Part shown: positions 9,592 through 19,088 of the stretch, piece after piece
How the letters are laid out: every line of letters begins with the position of its first letter
How positions within the stretch are numbered: the stretch's first letter is position 1
Source: Vulcanimicrobiota bacterium
GTDB taxonomy: Bacteria; Vulcanimicrobiota; Vulcanimicrobiia; Vulcanimicrobiales; Vulcanimicrobiaceae
NCBI GenBank assembly: GCA_963812155.1
Contig: CAWETW010000003.1
Location: 832,001-896,000, forward strand
Length of the DNA: 64,000 nt
Reading direction: 5' to 3'
Notes under the pieces: model-generated
Told to the model about the DNA's origin: nothing
The model's input: the letters and a program-made list of their open reading frames with translations, nothing else
Databases searched by the model: none
Program-made: the position numbers and the translations under genes

Positions 9592-11220
9592 TCACACTTC
9601 TGCGCCGAGCCCGGTAGTGGCGCGCACTTGGAATTCGTCAAACATCTCTTCCGACGACGAATCGCGCACGAGCAGCGTACCGATAATCGCACCGGCAAAG
9701 CCGATTGGAATCGAGACCAGCCCGGGATTGTCGAGCGGAAAAATCGCGTGCGAACCCAAGGCAATGGGGCTGAGCGCGATGAGTGCGAGCGAGGAGATCA
9801 GCCCGCTGAGCATGCCCACGATTGCGCCGCCGCGCGAAAAGCGCCGCCACGAGAGCGCGAGCAACAGCACCGGCACGTTTGCGCTTGCCGCGACGGCGAA
9901 TGCCAATCCGACCAAGAATGCGACGTTGTAGCCGCGCATCAGGACGGAAAGGACGATCGCGATGGCGCCGACGACGACCGCAGCGGCGCGCGCGACGAAG
10001 AGCTGTTCGCGTTCGTCACCCATGCCGTTGCGCACCAAGCTAAACCAAATGTCGTGTGCGAATGCCGACGAAGCGGTAATGGTGAGACCGGCGACGACCG
10101 CGAGTATGGTTGCAAATGCCACGGCGGCCACGAAAGCCGCCAGCAGCGGCCCTCCGAGATGTCCGGCGAGCAAGGGTGCCGCGAGATTGGTGTTGGGCGA
10201 AGGCACCACGAACCCATTACGCGTGAGTTGAGAATCCAGCGCTTGCTTTCGTTCGGGATGGTGCGCGATGTATGCGATCGCTTCGCCCGCGTACAACCGT
10301 TTGCCGATGTGCTCTTGCCCGACGATCGTCGCCGCACCCAATCCCATGAACGACGTCGTGAGGTAGAAGATTCCGACGAGCACCATCGCCCAGGCCGTGG
10401 AAACGCGTGCCGCGCGCGCCGACGGCACCGTGAAGAAGCGCATGAGAATGTGCGGCAGGCCGGCGGTGCCCAACACGAGCGCGAGCCCGAGCGAAATGAG
10501 GTTCCAGGCACCGAGCGGGCCGTGGTACAGCAGCCCCGGCTGCAGCAGGTTCGTTTCGTTGCCGGAGACGCGCACGGAGGCGGCTGCGTGCAAAAAAGCC
10601 CCGAGCGAAAAATGAAAATAGCCCATCACGAGCAGCGAAAGCGCGACCGCGGTCGCGAGCAAGAGCGATGCTTTGATGATCTGCACCCATGTAGTCGCGA
10701 GCATTCCGCCGAAAAGCACGTAGACGAGCATGAGGACGCCGACGACGGCGATCGCGACGAAATCGGAGAACTGCGGAAGCAGCAAGTTGACGACCAAACC
10801 GCTGCCGACCATCTGCGCGATCATGTAGAAGAGCGTAACGGCCAAGGTCGACAGCGCGGCGATCGCGCGCACGCCGCGTCCGCGCAACCGGAACGATATG
10901 GTGTCGGCCATCGTGTACTTGCCCGTATTGCGCAGCGGCTCGGCGACGAGAAACAGCACCGCGAGGTATGCGACGAGCCATCCGACCGAGTACATGAAAC
11001 CGTCGAAACCGTAGAACGCGACCAGCCCGGTGATGCCCAAGAACGATGCGGCCGAGAGGTAGTCGCCCGCGATCGCCCAGCCGTTTTGGGCGGCGGTGAT
11101 GCGGCGGTCGGCCGTATAAAACCCGCGGCTGGTCGTACTCTGTCCGGCGGCAGCGTAGGTCACGACGAGCGTGATGCCGACGAAAACGGCGAAGATGACC
11201 AGCGACGGCTGCGCGTTCAT
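9592..11220 (-). CDS. actP: Cation/acetate symporter (solute:sodium symporter family)
   Basis: NGWAIAGDYLSAASFLG and GTAGLPHILMRF motifs; upstream DUF485 partner. Confidence 0.88.
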   Translation of the reverse strand: MNAQPSLVIFAVFVGITLVVTYAAAGQSTTSRGFYTADRRITAAQNGWAIAGDYLSAASFLGITGLVAFYGFDGFMYSVGWLVAYLAVLFLVAEPLRNTGKYTMADTISFRLRGRGVRAIAALSTLAVTLFYMIAQMVGSGLVVNLLLPQFSDFVAIAVVGVLMLVYVLFGGMLATTWVQIIKASLLLATAVALSLLVMGYFHFSLGAFLHAAASVRVSGNETNLLQPGLLYHGPLGAWNLISLGLALVLGTAGLPHILMRFFTVPSARAARVSTAWAMVLVGIFYLTTSFMGLGAATIVGQEHIGKRLYAGEAIAYIAHHPERKQALDSQLTRNGFVVPSPNTNLAAPLLAGHLGGPLLAAFVAAVAFATILAVVAGLTITASSAFAHDIWFSLVRNGMGDEREQLFVARAAAVVVGAIAIVLSVLMRGYNVAFLVGLAFAVAASANVPVLLLALSWRRFSRGGAIVGMLSGLISSLALIALSPIALGSHAIFPLDNPGLVSIPIGFAGAIIGTLLVRDSSSEEMFDEFQVRATTGLGAEV

Positions 11221-11585
11221 TGTTTGACTTCCCGCATTTCGTGATGGCGGATGCGCGCTGCCGCCAAATCGAAGGCGCGCGCGCGCCGGAGGTAGAGGGC
11301 CAGTAAGGTCCACGCCATGACGAACTGCGCTAGCGCAAAGCAATAGGCGAGCGTCAGCGGGCCGAGGACGGCGCGGCTCATGACGGCCGGCGCGAACCCG
11401 ACGGACAACGGCAACGCCAAGTAAAACGCGATAAAGAATATGGTTGCCGGCGCGACGAACCGCCGGCGCGCCGCGACGAGCGCGCGAAACTCGGGCTCTT
11501 CGGCTAGGGCCTCCCATTGTTGTGGCGTGATCCGGTGATGCTGCACGGGGTCGGGTTTTTCTACCCGGCGAGCCCCCCCTTTCAC
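11217..11585 (-). CDS. DUF485 (YjcH-like) small membrane protein
   Basis: EFRALVAARRRF followed by two TM helices; typical position before actP. Confidence 0.8.
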   Translation of the reverse strand: MKGGARRVEKPDPVQHHRITPQQWEALAEEPEFRALVAARRRFVAPATIFFIAFYLALPLSVGFAPAVMSRAVLGPLTLAYCFALAQFVMAWTLLALYLRRARAFDLAAARIRHHEMREVKQ

Positions 11586-11815
11586 CGGTTACCGAGAAAA
11601 CGGCGAAGGTCGGGGCCGATCAGCTCCTCGATGGCGAGCGCGCTCACCAAAACGGCGCTGGCGACGATCGAAAAGGTCGGCATGCCGGGATCTTTCGGAT
11701 AGGGAATGGAGGTGACGACGATCCAGAGCGAGGCCGCAAAGAACGGCAATGCGATCGCCCCGGCGGCGATCCAACGAAGAAGCCCCGTCGAGAACGGCGC
11801 CTTGACGGCGACCAT
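11582..11815 (-). CDS. Small membrane protein
   Basis: Two hydrophobic helices; the open frame extends to 11887. Confidence 0.55.
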   Translation of the reverse strand: MVAVKAPFSTGLLRWIAAGAIALPFFAASLWIVVTSIPYPKDPGMPTFSIVASAVLVSALAIEELIGPDLRRFLGNR

Positions 11816-11887
11816 GCCGCCGAGTGCGAGCGCTATTGCGCCGGCGAGCCGAGCAGCGGCCTCGAGGACGTCGGCCGGCGCCGTCGT

Positions 11888-12280
11888 CTATTCCTCGTCG
11901 GGCCAGGCGGCGAGCCGCCCGATCGCGGCGCTCTTGAGCACGCGCAGACCGAGCATCGCGCACTTCATTCGCGTCGGGCTGATACCGATACCGACGTTTT
12001 CGAGCACGGTTTCCTTGGAGAGTTTGGCGACGTCTTCCAACGGCATGCCTTTGATCGTCTCGGTCAACATGGACGCCGATGCCTGACTGATCGCGCAGCC
12101 TTTGCCGGAGAAGCGAACGTCTTCCACGCGCCGGTTGCCGTCGAGCTTGAGTTCCATGTGGATCGTATCGCCGCACAACGGATTCAAATCGTCGGCCTCT
12201 ACGTCGGGTTGCTCGAGATGCCCGAAGTTCCGCGGATTGCGATAGTGGTCGAGAATATAATCGCGATAAAAGTCGTCCAT
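11888..12280 (-). CDS. sufU: SUF system Fe-S assembly protein SufU
   Basis: ILDHYRNPRN, NPLCGD, GCAISQAS and RMKCA motifs. Confidence 0.92.
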   Translation of the reverse strand: MDDFYRDYILDHYRNPRNFGHLEQPDVEADDLNPLCGDTIHMELKLDGNRRVEDVRFSGKGCAISQASASMLTETIKGMPLEDVAKLSKETVLENVGIGISPTRMKCAMLGLRVLKSAAIGRLAAWPDEE

Positions 12281-12292
12281 GCCCGGCACGCT

Positions 12293-13552
12293 CTATAGCT
12301 TAAAGATCTGCGCGGCCTTTTCGAGCCCGGCTGCGAGAGCATCGACGTCGGCGTACGTGTTGTACAAGTAGAACGACGCGCGCGCGGTGGCCGACCATCC
12401 CATCTTATCCATGAGCGGCATCGTGCAGTGATGGCCGGCGCGGATGCAGATGCCTTCGGTGTCGAGGATCGACGCGAGATCGTGCGCGTGCACGTCGGCG
12501 AAGTTGAACGAAATGACGCCGGAAATGAGATCGGGATCGCGCGGGCCGTAGACGGACAAACCGCGCGGCTCGAACTCCGCCAACCGCTCGAGCGCATAGC
12601 CGGTCAGCGCGCGCTCGTGTTCGCGAATCCAATCCATGCCGGCGCTCTCGAGATACTCCACGGCGACGCCGAACGCGATGGCGTCGGCGATGTTGCCGGT
12701 GCCCGCTTCGAACTTGCGCGGCGCGGGCGCGAACGTGGCCCCGGAGTAGGCGACGCGCGCGATCATATCGCCGCCGTAGTCGAACGGCGGCATCGCCTCT
12801 AAAATGTCGTGCTTGCCGTATAGGGCGCCGATACCGGTCGGGCCGAGCATTTTGTGGCCGCTGAACGCATAGAAGTCGGCGTCGAGCGCCTTCACGTCGA
12901 CGCGGAAATGCGGCGCGGCTTGCGCGCCGTCGACCAGCACCACCGCACCGGCGGCATGTGCCCGCGCGATGACCTCGCGCAGGGGGGCGATCGTGCCGAG
13001 CGTGTTGCTCACGTGACCGATCGCGACGATCTTGCAGCCGTCGAGCAGCGCGTCGAGATCGTCGAGGATCAGCATACCGCGCGAATCGGCCGGAATGAAG
13101 CGCAAGCGCGCTCCCGTGCGCTTCGCCAGAGCCTGCCACGGAACCAGATCGGAATGGTGCTCGAGCTCGGTCGTTAAAATCGCGTCGCCCTCGCGCACGT
13201 GCTCTGACCCCCACGAATACGCGACCAGATTGATCGCTTCGGTCGTGTTGCGCACCCAAACGATCTCGGACGTGCCGGCGTTGACGAAGCGCGCCACCTT
13301 CACGCGAGCGGCTTCGTACTCCGCGGTCGCGCGTTCGGCGATCTCGTAGACGCCGCGATGGATGTTCGCGTTGTAGCGTTCGTAGTAGTCCACCAGCGCA
13401 GCGATCACGGCTCGGGGCTTCTGCGACGTAGCCGCCGAATCGAGATAGACCAGACGTTTGCCGCGCGACGTCGGCCGCGCGAGAATCGGAAAGTCGGCCA
13501 CGATCCCGGCGGCCTTGGCGTCGAATTCGAGGGCGTTGAGGGCCTGCGTCAC
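12293..13552 (-). CDS. sufS: Cysteine desulfurase SufS
   Basis: YLDSAATSQKP, SGHKMLGPTG and RAGHHC motifs. Confidence 0.95.
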   Translation of the reverse strand: MTQALNALEFDAKAAGIVADFPILARPTSRGKRLVYLDSAATSQKPRAVIAALVDYYERYNANIHRGVYEIAERATAEYEAARVKVARFVNAGTSEIVWVRNTTEAINLVAYSWGSEHVREGDAILTTELEHHSDLVPWQALAKRTGARLRFIPADSRGMLILDDLDALLDGCKIVAIGHVSNTLGTIAPLREVIARAHAAGAVVLVDGAQAAPHFRVDVKALDADFYAFSGHKMLGPTGIGALYGKHDILEAMPPFDYGGDMIARVAYSGATFAPAPRKFEAGTGNIADAIAFGVAVEYLESAGMDWIREHERALTGYALERLAEFEPRGLSVYGPRDPDLISGVISFNFADVHAHDLASILDTEGICIRAGHHCTMPLMDKMGWSATARASFYLYNTYADVDALAAGLEKAAQIFKL

Positions 13553-14757
13553 GACAGTTTGGCCGCCAGCGCGACGCGGATGCTTTCGCGCAGCGCTTCG
13601 GTCGGAAACCGTGCGATCGCCGGTTCGAAAAAGCCGAGCGCAATCATTCGTTCGGCGGCGGCGCGTTCGATGCCGCGCGTGCCCATGTAAAAGATCTGCT
13701 CGGCGTCGAGCGCACCAACGGTAGCTCCATGAAACGCCTTGACCTCGTTCGCACCGATCTCGAGCGCGGGAACGGAATCGACGTGGGCTTTTTCGGAAAG
13801 CAGAAGCGCGTCGTCGCGCAAGCTGGCGTCGCTCCCTTGCGCGCCGGGAGCGATGCGAATGTTACCGAGATAGCGGGCTTGCCCGGAGTCGACGGCTGCG
13901 GATTTCACGATCGTTTCGGACGTGGAGTCGCCGGCCGCGTGATGGACCGTGCTCACGACGTCGACGTGCTGCGTGTGATTCGGAAAAAACAACGCGGTGA
14001 CTTCCGCCCTCACGCCGGGATTTTCGATTGCGACCGAAAGGTCGGCGACGACAAGGCCGGCCCCCAACTCAGCGCAATGCCACGACACCGCGGCGTCGCG
14101 GCCCGGTTTCGCCGCGCGCGTGAAGACCGCGCGTGTCGACGGTGCGAGCTGCTGGCAGCTCGCGTACACGATCTGGGCGCCGGCTTCGGTGACGATCTCC
14201 GCCGCGCCGCAAACGAAGGCTTCGTCCGAACCGTCGCAACGCTCGACGATCGTGGCACTCGCGCCGCGCTCGGCAAGAACGACGGTGTACGGAAAGATGC
14301 TCGTTCCGGCCTCGGCATCGTACGCGATCTGCACCGGCTCCGCGTTCGCGCAGTCCGCAGGAACGTAAACGAAAACGCCGAGCCGCGCGAAGGCGCTCGC
14401 GAGCGCACCGAACTTGGTCGCGGCTACGCCGGTTACGCCGAGTGCGCGTGCGAGCAGTTCGGGATGCTCGGCGGCTGCTGTGGCGAGATCGCAGACGAGG
14501 ACGCGCGGCGGACGATGCTCGATGCGAACGCTGCCATACTCCGGCGCGATCGTTTCTGCGGCAGGCGCGAGCGACTCGAGGTCGATTCTCCAGTATCGGC
14601 CCGGGCGTTCGCGCCCGCTGCGCGTCGAAATAAACCGTTCGAGCGCGGCCGCGCGCGCGCCGCGAGCGAGAGGAACGTCGCCGAACGCGTCGAGCCGGTC
14701 GCGAAGCGCTCGTTCTTCGGGAGCGACGGCGCGGACGGCGCTAAGCAATGGCCGCAA
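13549..14757 (-). CDS. sufD: Fe-S assembly protein SufD (start approximate)
   Basis: C-terminal VPALEIGANEVKAFHGATVG...FYMGTRGI; lies between sufC and sufS. Confidence 0.85.
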   Translation of the reverse strand: MRPLLSAVRAVAPEERALRDRLDAFGDVPLARGARAAALERFISTRSGRERPGRYWRIDLESLAPAAETIAPEYGSVRIEHRPPRVLVCDLATAAAEHPELLARALGVTGVAATKFGALASAFARLGVFVYVPADCANAEPVQIAYDAEAGTSIFPYTVVLAERGASATIVERCDGSDEAFVCGAAEIVTEAGAQIVYASCQQLAPSTRAVFTRAAKPGRDAAVSWHCAELGAGLVVADLSVAIENPGVRAEVTALFFPNHTQHVDVVSTVHHAAGDSTSETIVKSAAVDSGQARYLGNIRIAPGAQGSDASLRDDALLLSEKAHVDSVPALEIGANEVKAFHGATVGALDAEQIFYMGTRGIERAAAERMIALGFFEPAIARFPTEALRESIRVALAAKLS

Positions 14758-15511
14758 TCTCCTCGCGAATCGTATCGTAGCCTTCACGTTCGATGCGATC
14801 GGCAAGATCGTGACCGCCGGTCTTTACGATGCGTCCGTCGATCATGACGTGCACGACGTCGGGCGTGACGTACTGGAGGATGCGGGGGTAGTGGGTGATG
14901 ATCAGCAATCCGATCGATTTGCCGTCTTCGCTCGCGCGCAGCCCGTTGAGCGAGTCGCAAACGTCCTGCAGCGCGTCGACGTCGAGTCCGGAGTCGGTTT
15001 CGTCGAGGATGGCATACTTCGGCGAGAGCATGGCCAGCTGAAGCATCTCGAGCCGTTTCTTTTCGCCACCGGAGAAGCCGTCGTTGAGATAGCGGCCCAT
15101 GAACGACGGGTCGATGCCGAGCGCGTCCATCTTTTCCAATAACAGTGCGCGAAACTTGGCAGGCGCGAGATCGCCGGGCCGAACCGCTTGCCGCGCCGCG
15201 TGAAGAAAGTTCGCCACCTTGATCCCCGGGATCGCGGCCGGATATTGAAACGAAAGAAAGAGACCGGCCCGCGCGCGCTTGTCGGGCGCCAGCGCGAGCA
15301 GATCCGCGCCGTCGAGTTTGACGGCGCCCTTCGTCACGTCGTACTGCGGGTGTCCGGTGAGGGCAAACGCGAGCGTCGATTTGCCGCTGCCGTTGGGTCC
15401 CATCAAAGCGTGCACGCGACCGGGCTCGACCGTGAGGTCGATGCCTTTGAGAATTTCGTTCCCGGCGACGCTGCAGTGCAGGTCGACGATACGCAAGCCC
15501 GGCTCGGTCAC
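14741..15511 (-). CDS. sufC: Fe-S assembly ATPase SufC
   Basis: MGPNGSGKST, FQYP, GFSGGEKKR and LDETDSGLD motifs. Confidence 0.95.
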   Translation of the reverse strand: MTEPGLRIVDLHCSVAGNEILKGIDLTVEPGRVHALMGPNGSGKSTLAFALTGHPQYDVTKGAVKLDGADLLALAPDKRARAGLFLSFQYPAAIPGIKVANFLHAARQAVRPGDLAPAKFRALLLEKMDALGIDPSFMGRYLNDGFSGGEKKRLEMLQLAMLSPKYAILDETDSGLDVDALQDVCDSLNGLRASEDGKSIGLLIITHYPRILQYVTPDVVHVMIDGRIVKTGGHDLADRIEREGYDTIREEIAAIA

Positions 15512-15570
15512 GCGAATGTTTCTCCCGTCAATGGTGGTCGGTCTCCGCAGACGCTGAAGACTCGCATGTA

Positions 15571-15600
15571 ATCGTAGCCGAGGCTCTCCCAGAAAGTCAA
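15571..15600 (-). promoter_or_regulatory. Candidate sigma70 promoter of sufCDSU
   Basis: Minus strand TTGACT-N18-TACGAT. Confidence 0.55.
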
Positions 15601-15608
15601 GGAGAAAC

Positions 15609-15638
15609 TTTACTATCTGGCAGCGACCGTGGTAGGAT
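15609..15638 (+). promoter_or_regulatory. Candidate sigma70 promoter of the SufR-like gene
   Basis: TTTACT-N18-TAGGAT with TG extended -10. Confidence 0.5.
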
Positions 15639-15652
15639 ATCGGAAGCCAGTG

Positions 15653-16303
15653 ATGCACGCCGACCGCTTCTTTGCCTCGACCCGAGGAAAAATCGTGACC
15701 GAACTGCGCCGCCGGGGCTCGGCCTCGGCAGCCGACTTGGCACGCCTTTTCGGGCTCTCTCCCAACGCCGTCCGGCAGCAGTTGGTCGTGCTCGAGCGCG
15801 ATGGACTGGTGGCCGAAAATTCGGTGCGCCGGGGCCCGACCAAACCAACGCTCGAGTTCTCGTTGACCGGAGAAGCCGACAAGCTCTTTCCGCAAGCGCA
15901 CGACAAGATGTTGTCGGCCGTCCTGCGCGAGGTGCGCGAGCAGTTCGGCACGCCGGGGGTCAATCAAATCTTCGACGGTTTGTCGAAACGGGCCGTCGAC
16001 CGGGCGCGGCGGCGCGTCACCGCCGAGACGCCCGAAAAAAGGGTCGAGCAGCTTACCGAGATCCTGCGCGAGAGCGGCGTCGTTGCCGACTATAGTTTGA
16101 TCGACGGCGGTTTCGCCTTGCACGAGCACAACTGTCCGTACACCAGCGTCGCCAAGGAACATCCCGAAATGTGTCACGTGATCCATCACGTGATCGAAGA
16201 AACGATCGGCGGGGAACACACGCAGACGGAGTCGCTCGCGGAGGGCGGCAAGGAGTGCCGTTTCGAAATCAAGTCCAAGCCGGCCGCAACGACCGTGCCG
16301 TAA
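15653..16303 (+). CDS. sufR: SufR-like winged-helix transcriptional regulator
   Basis: HTH LSPNAVRQQL..LERDGLV; C-terminal HNCPY...C...CRF cysteines; divergent from suf genes. Confidence 0.75.
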   Translation: MHADRFFASTRGKIVTELRRRGSASAADLARLFGLSPNAVRQQLVVLERDGLVAENSVRRGPTKPTLEFSLTGEADKLFPQAHDKMLSAVLREVREQFGTPGVNQIFDGLSKRAVDRARRRVTAETPEKRVEQLTEILRESGVVADYSLIDGGFALHEHNCPYTSVAKEHPEMCHVIHHVIEETIGGEHTQTESLAEGGKECRFEIKSKPAATTVP

Positions 16304-16325
16304 CACTACGTTAGAGAAAGCAGCG

Positions 16326-16811
16326 ATGGATTTTCCGAAGTTTCAACGTCTCGTCGAAGAACGCACCGGTTTTCGCACGATGGAGAACCCGACCGCAAGC
16401 GGCGAGTACTTCAGCGACTCGTGCGGCGACATGTATAACTTCTTCCTAAGGGTCGGCCCGGGTGCGGTGATCGAGGATATTTCGTACTTCACGACCGGAT
16501 GCGGCTTCGGCACGGCGACGTGCAGTCTGGTCGTCGACCTTGCAAAGGGAAAGACGGTCGATGCCGCCGCGGCCATCGCGCCGGCCGACGTCGAAGCCCA
16601 ACTCGGCGGCTATCCCGAGAAGAAAAAAGATTACCCCGAGCGCGCGCTCGAGGCGTTGCGCGTGGCGATCGACGATTATCGCGGGCGCGTTGAGAAGGGA
16701 ACCATCCCGGATTTCGGCGCGATGCCCGCGCTGCCGTCCAAGCCCGTTGCGGCCGAGCCGGCGCCGGCTGCTGCCAACGGCGACGGAAAACTACTCATCA
16801 AGCTGCACTAG
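16326..16811 (+). CDS. NifU/IscU N-terminal-like scaffold protein
   Basis: SDSCGD and TTGCGFGTATCS..LAKGKT motifs. Confidence 0.8.
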   Translation: MDFPKFQRLVEERTGFRTMENPTASGEYFSDSCGDMYNFFLRVGPGAVIEDISYFTTGCGFGTATCSLVVDLAKGKTVDAAAAIAPADVEAQLGGYPEKKKDYPERALEALRVAIDDYRGRVEKGTIPDFGAMPALPSKPVAAEPAPAAANGDGKLLIKLH

Positions 16812-17354
16812 CCGCGCGGTCGACAGCGTTTCGTAGCGCGACGTGTTGGCCGCTTTGTCGAAGAGCGATTCGAAGAGCCGCACGCCGTCCACGCGAATCG
16901 GTATCGGCGCGAACTCGAGCATCGGCAGCGGGCGGTTCGGATTCTTGAGGCGCGCAAGCGTGACGTGTGCCAGCGGGTCCGCGTCGAAGACGAAGCCGCG
17001 ATCCGTATAGGCAGCGCGAACGGCGCGCGCCAGCGATCGAAACGCCGCGCCTTGATCGCGCGCGCCGGCGTAAACGACGCGGGGCTTGCGTTCGTGCGGA
17101 AACGCGCCGGTTTTATCGAGGACGATCTCGAACGGCGCTAGTCCGGCGACGGCGTTGCCCAGGGCTTCGACCATCTGCGCGCAGTGCGCTTCCGGTACGT
17201 TTCCCAAAAATGCGAGCGTGAGATGGAACTTACGCTCGTCCTCGTAGTTCGCCGCGAATCCGCAACGCTGAAGTTCGGCGGCGACCGCGGCGCAGGCGCG
17301 CCGCTCGGGCTCGCGCAACGCGATTCCGGCGAACAGCCGCCGGGTGGCGCTCAT
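16791..17354 (-). CDS. thpR: RNA 2',3'-cyclic phosphodiesterase (2H family)
   Basis: RLFAGI start; two HxT motifs HLTLAFLG and HVTLAR. Confidence 0.88.
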   Translation of the reverse strand: MSATRRLFAGIALREPERRACAAVAAELQRCGFAANYEDERKFHLTLAFLGNVPEAHCAQMVEALGNAVAGLAPFEIVLDKTGAFPHERKPRVVYAGARDQGAAFRSLARAVRAAYTDRGFVFDADPLAHVTLARLKNPNRPLPMLEFAPIPIRVDGVRLFESLFDKAANTSRYETLSTARLVQLDE

Positions 17355-17992
17355 CGCAAATAGGGATTCGAGCGGCGTTCGAGTCCGACGGTCGTGAACG
17401 GTCCGTGCCCCGGAATCACCGGCGTCACGTCGGCGTACGGCATCAGCTTGGCGGCAATGGAGGCGACGATATCCTCCATTGACGTGCCGCCTAAGTCCCA
17501 ACGGCCGATGGACCCTGCAAAGAGCGTGTCGCCGGTCAGCAGCGTTGCATCGCTTCCGGGTTCGCCGGATACTTCGAAACAGACGCTGCCCGGCGTGTGT
17601 CCCGGCGTGTGCAGCACCCGTAGACGCGCGTTTCCGGCAGCGAAGATTTCGCCGTCGCGCAGTTCGCCGTCGAGCGCCACGACCGGCGGAGCGTGCGGGA
17701 GCCCGAGCCAACCCGCCTGCACCGGCAACGACTGGTAGAGCGGAAGGTCGGCGGCGTGCAGGAAGCCTTTGGCGCCGGTGACCTCGCGCAAGCGGCCGAG
17801 ATCGGCGATGTGATCGATGTGCGCGTGCGTGTGAACGAGATGCGTGGCGCGCAGTTCCAGGCGCGCAAGACGCGCGACGACCTCGTCGACGCCGTCACCG
17901 CCGTCGACGACGATCGCCTCTCCGCTGCGTTCATCCCCGACGATCGTGCAGTTGCACGCCAGCGGACCGACGGCAAACGTTTCGAGAATCAC
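17351..17992 (-). CDS. MBL-fold metallo-hydrolase (glyoxalase II-like)
   Basis: THAHIDH, TPGHTPG, TGDTLF and PGHG motifs. Confidence 0.9.
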   Translation of the reverse strand: MILETFAVGPLACNCTIVGDERSGEAIVVDGGDGVDEVVARLARLELRATHLVHTHAHIDHIADLGRLREVTGAKGFLHAADLPLYQSLPVQAGWLGLPHAPPVVALDGELRDGEIFAAGNARLRVLHTPGHTPGSVCFEVSGEPGSDATLLTGDTLFAGSIGRWDLGGTSMEDIVASIAAKLMPYADVTPVIPGHGPFTTVGLERRSNPYLR

Positions 17993-18000
17993 GTCGCCGT

Positions 18001-18483
18001 TTAGTCCACGCGAATGCCGAAGTCGTGGTATCCGCCGTTGAAGTATCCCAACGGAGATCCGGTACGAGCCTCGCACGACACGACGTTCCCAACGAAGATC
18101 GAGTGCGACCCGACGTGGTGTTCGCCGGCTACCTCGCAATCGAAGTGCGCGATCGCACCGGCGAGGACCGGGGCTCCGGTTACGTCGGTGCCGTATTCGA
18201 TCTCGTCGAATTGCCGCTCGCGCACTTTGCCGGCGAAGCGCTCGGCAAGGTGACGTTGCTCCCCCGCCAAGACGTTCACGCAAAAGATGCGCGAGCTGGA
18301 AATGTAAAGATAACTGCGCGCGTCGCGATTCACACAGACGAGCAATGCGGGCGGGTCGAGCGAGACGCTTGCGAACGAACTCAGCGTCAAGCCGCGCGGT
18401 TCGCCGTCTTTGAGGCTCGTGACGATCGTGACGCCGGTGGGGAGGTGGCGCATCGCGTGCTTGAACTCGTTTGGCGAGGTCAT
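18001..18483 (-). CDS. Flavin reductase family protein
   Basis: TGVTIVT, SFASVSLDPP and GSHSIFVG motifs. Confidence 0.9.
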   Translation of the reverse strand: MTSPNEFKHAMRHLPTGVTIVTSLKDGEPRGLTLSSFASVSLDPPALLVCVNRDARSYLYISSSRIFCVNVLAGEQRHLAERFAGKVRERQFDEIEYGTDVTGAPVLAGAIAHFDCEVAGEHHVGSHSIFVGNVVSCEARTGSPLGYFNGGYHDFGIRVD

Positions 18484-19082
18484 TGCCGGCGCGCCCCAAT
18501 GCCCGTTCCGCCCCCGAGCGGCAAAATCGTCGCATCGAGTTGCGGATGGCCGAGAAAGCAGCGATTGAAATCGTCCATGCCATCGGCGAGGCAACCGTCG
18601 ACGATGACGAGCCCGGAAAGTTTCAACATCGGAACGACGCAGTCGAGGTAAGCGCGGTAATCGAAGGAGCCGGCGCGGATGAAAACGATGTCGAGATTGC
18701 GGTGCGGAAAGTTTTCGAGCAGCTCCAAGGGCGGCGTATTACAGATTTCGATGTAATCGTCTTCGCCGGCTGCTTTGAAGTAGGAAAGTGCGACGGCGGT
18801 CTGCGCGGCATCGGCCTCGATCGTCCAAATTCGGCCGAGCCGCGGCTGCGCGAGCGCCATCCAGAGCGTTGCATATCCGTATGCCGTGCCGATCTCGAGG
18901 ATCCGGCTCGCCTGCATCGCGTGGACCACCGTCGAAAGCAGCCGGCCGGTTTCGCGCGCGGGGATGGGCACGCCGTCGTTAAGGGCCTGCCGTTCCAACT
19001 CGAGCAGCAACGGATTGGGCTGAGGATGCACCGCCTCTAGGTAGGCCGCGATCGCTTCGCTTGCCGGCGTCATCGTTCGCAT
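18480..19082 (-). CDS. SAM-dependent O-methyltransferase
   Basis: ILEIGTAYGYATL motif I; Methyltransf_3-like layout. Confidence 0.85.
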   Translation of the reverse strand: MRTMTPASEAIAAYLEAVHPQPNPLLLELERQALNDGVPIPARETGRLLSTVVHAMQASRILEIGTAYGYATLWMALAQPRLGRIWTIEADAAQTAVALSYFKAAGEDDYIEICNTPPLELLENFPHRNLDIVFIRAGSFDYRAYLDCVVPMLKLSGLVIVDGCLADGMDDFNRCFLGHPQLDATILPLGGGTGIGARRQ

Positions 19083-19088
19083 TATTCC

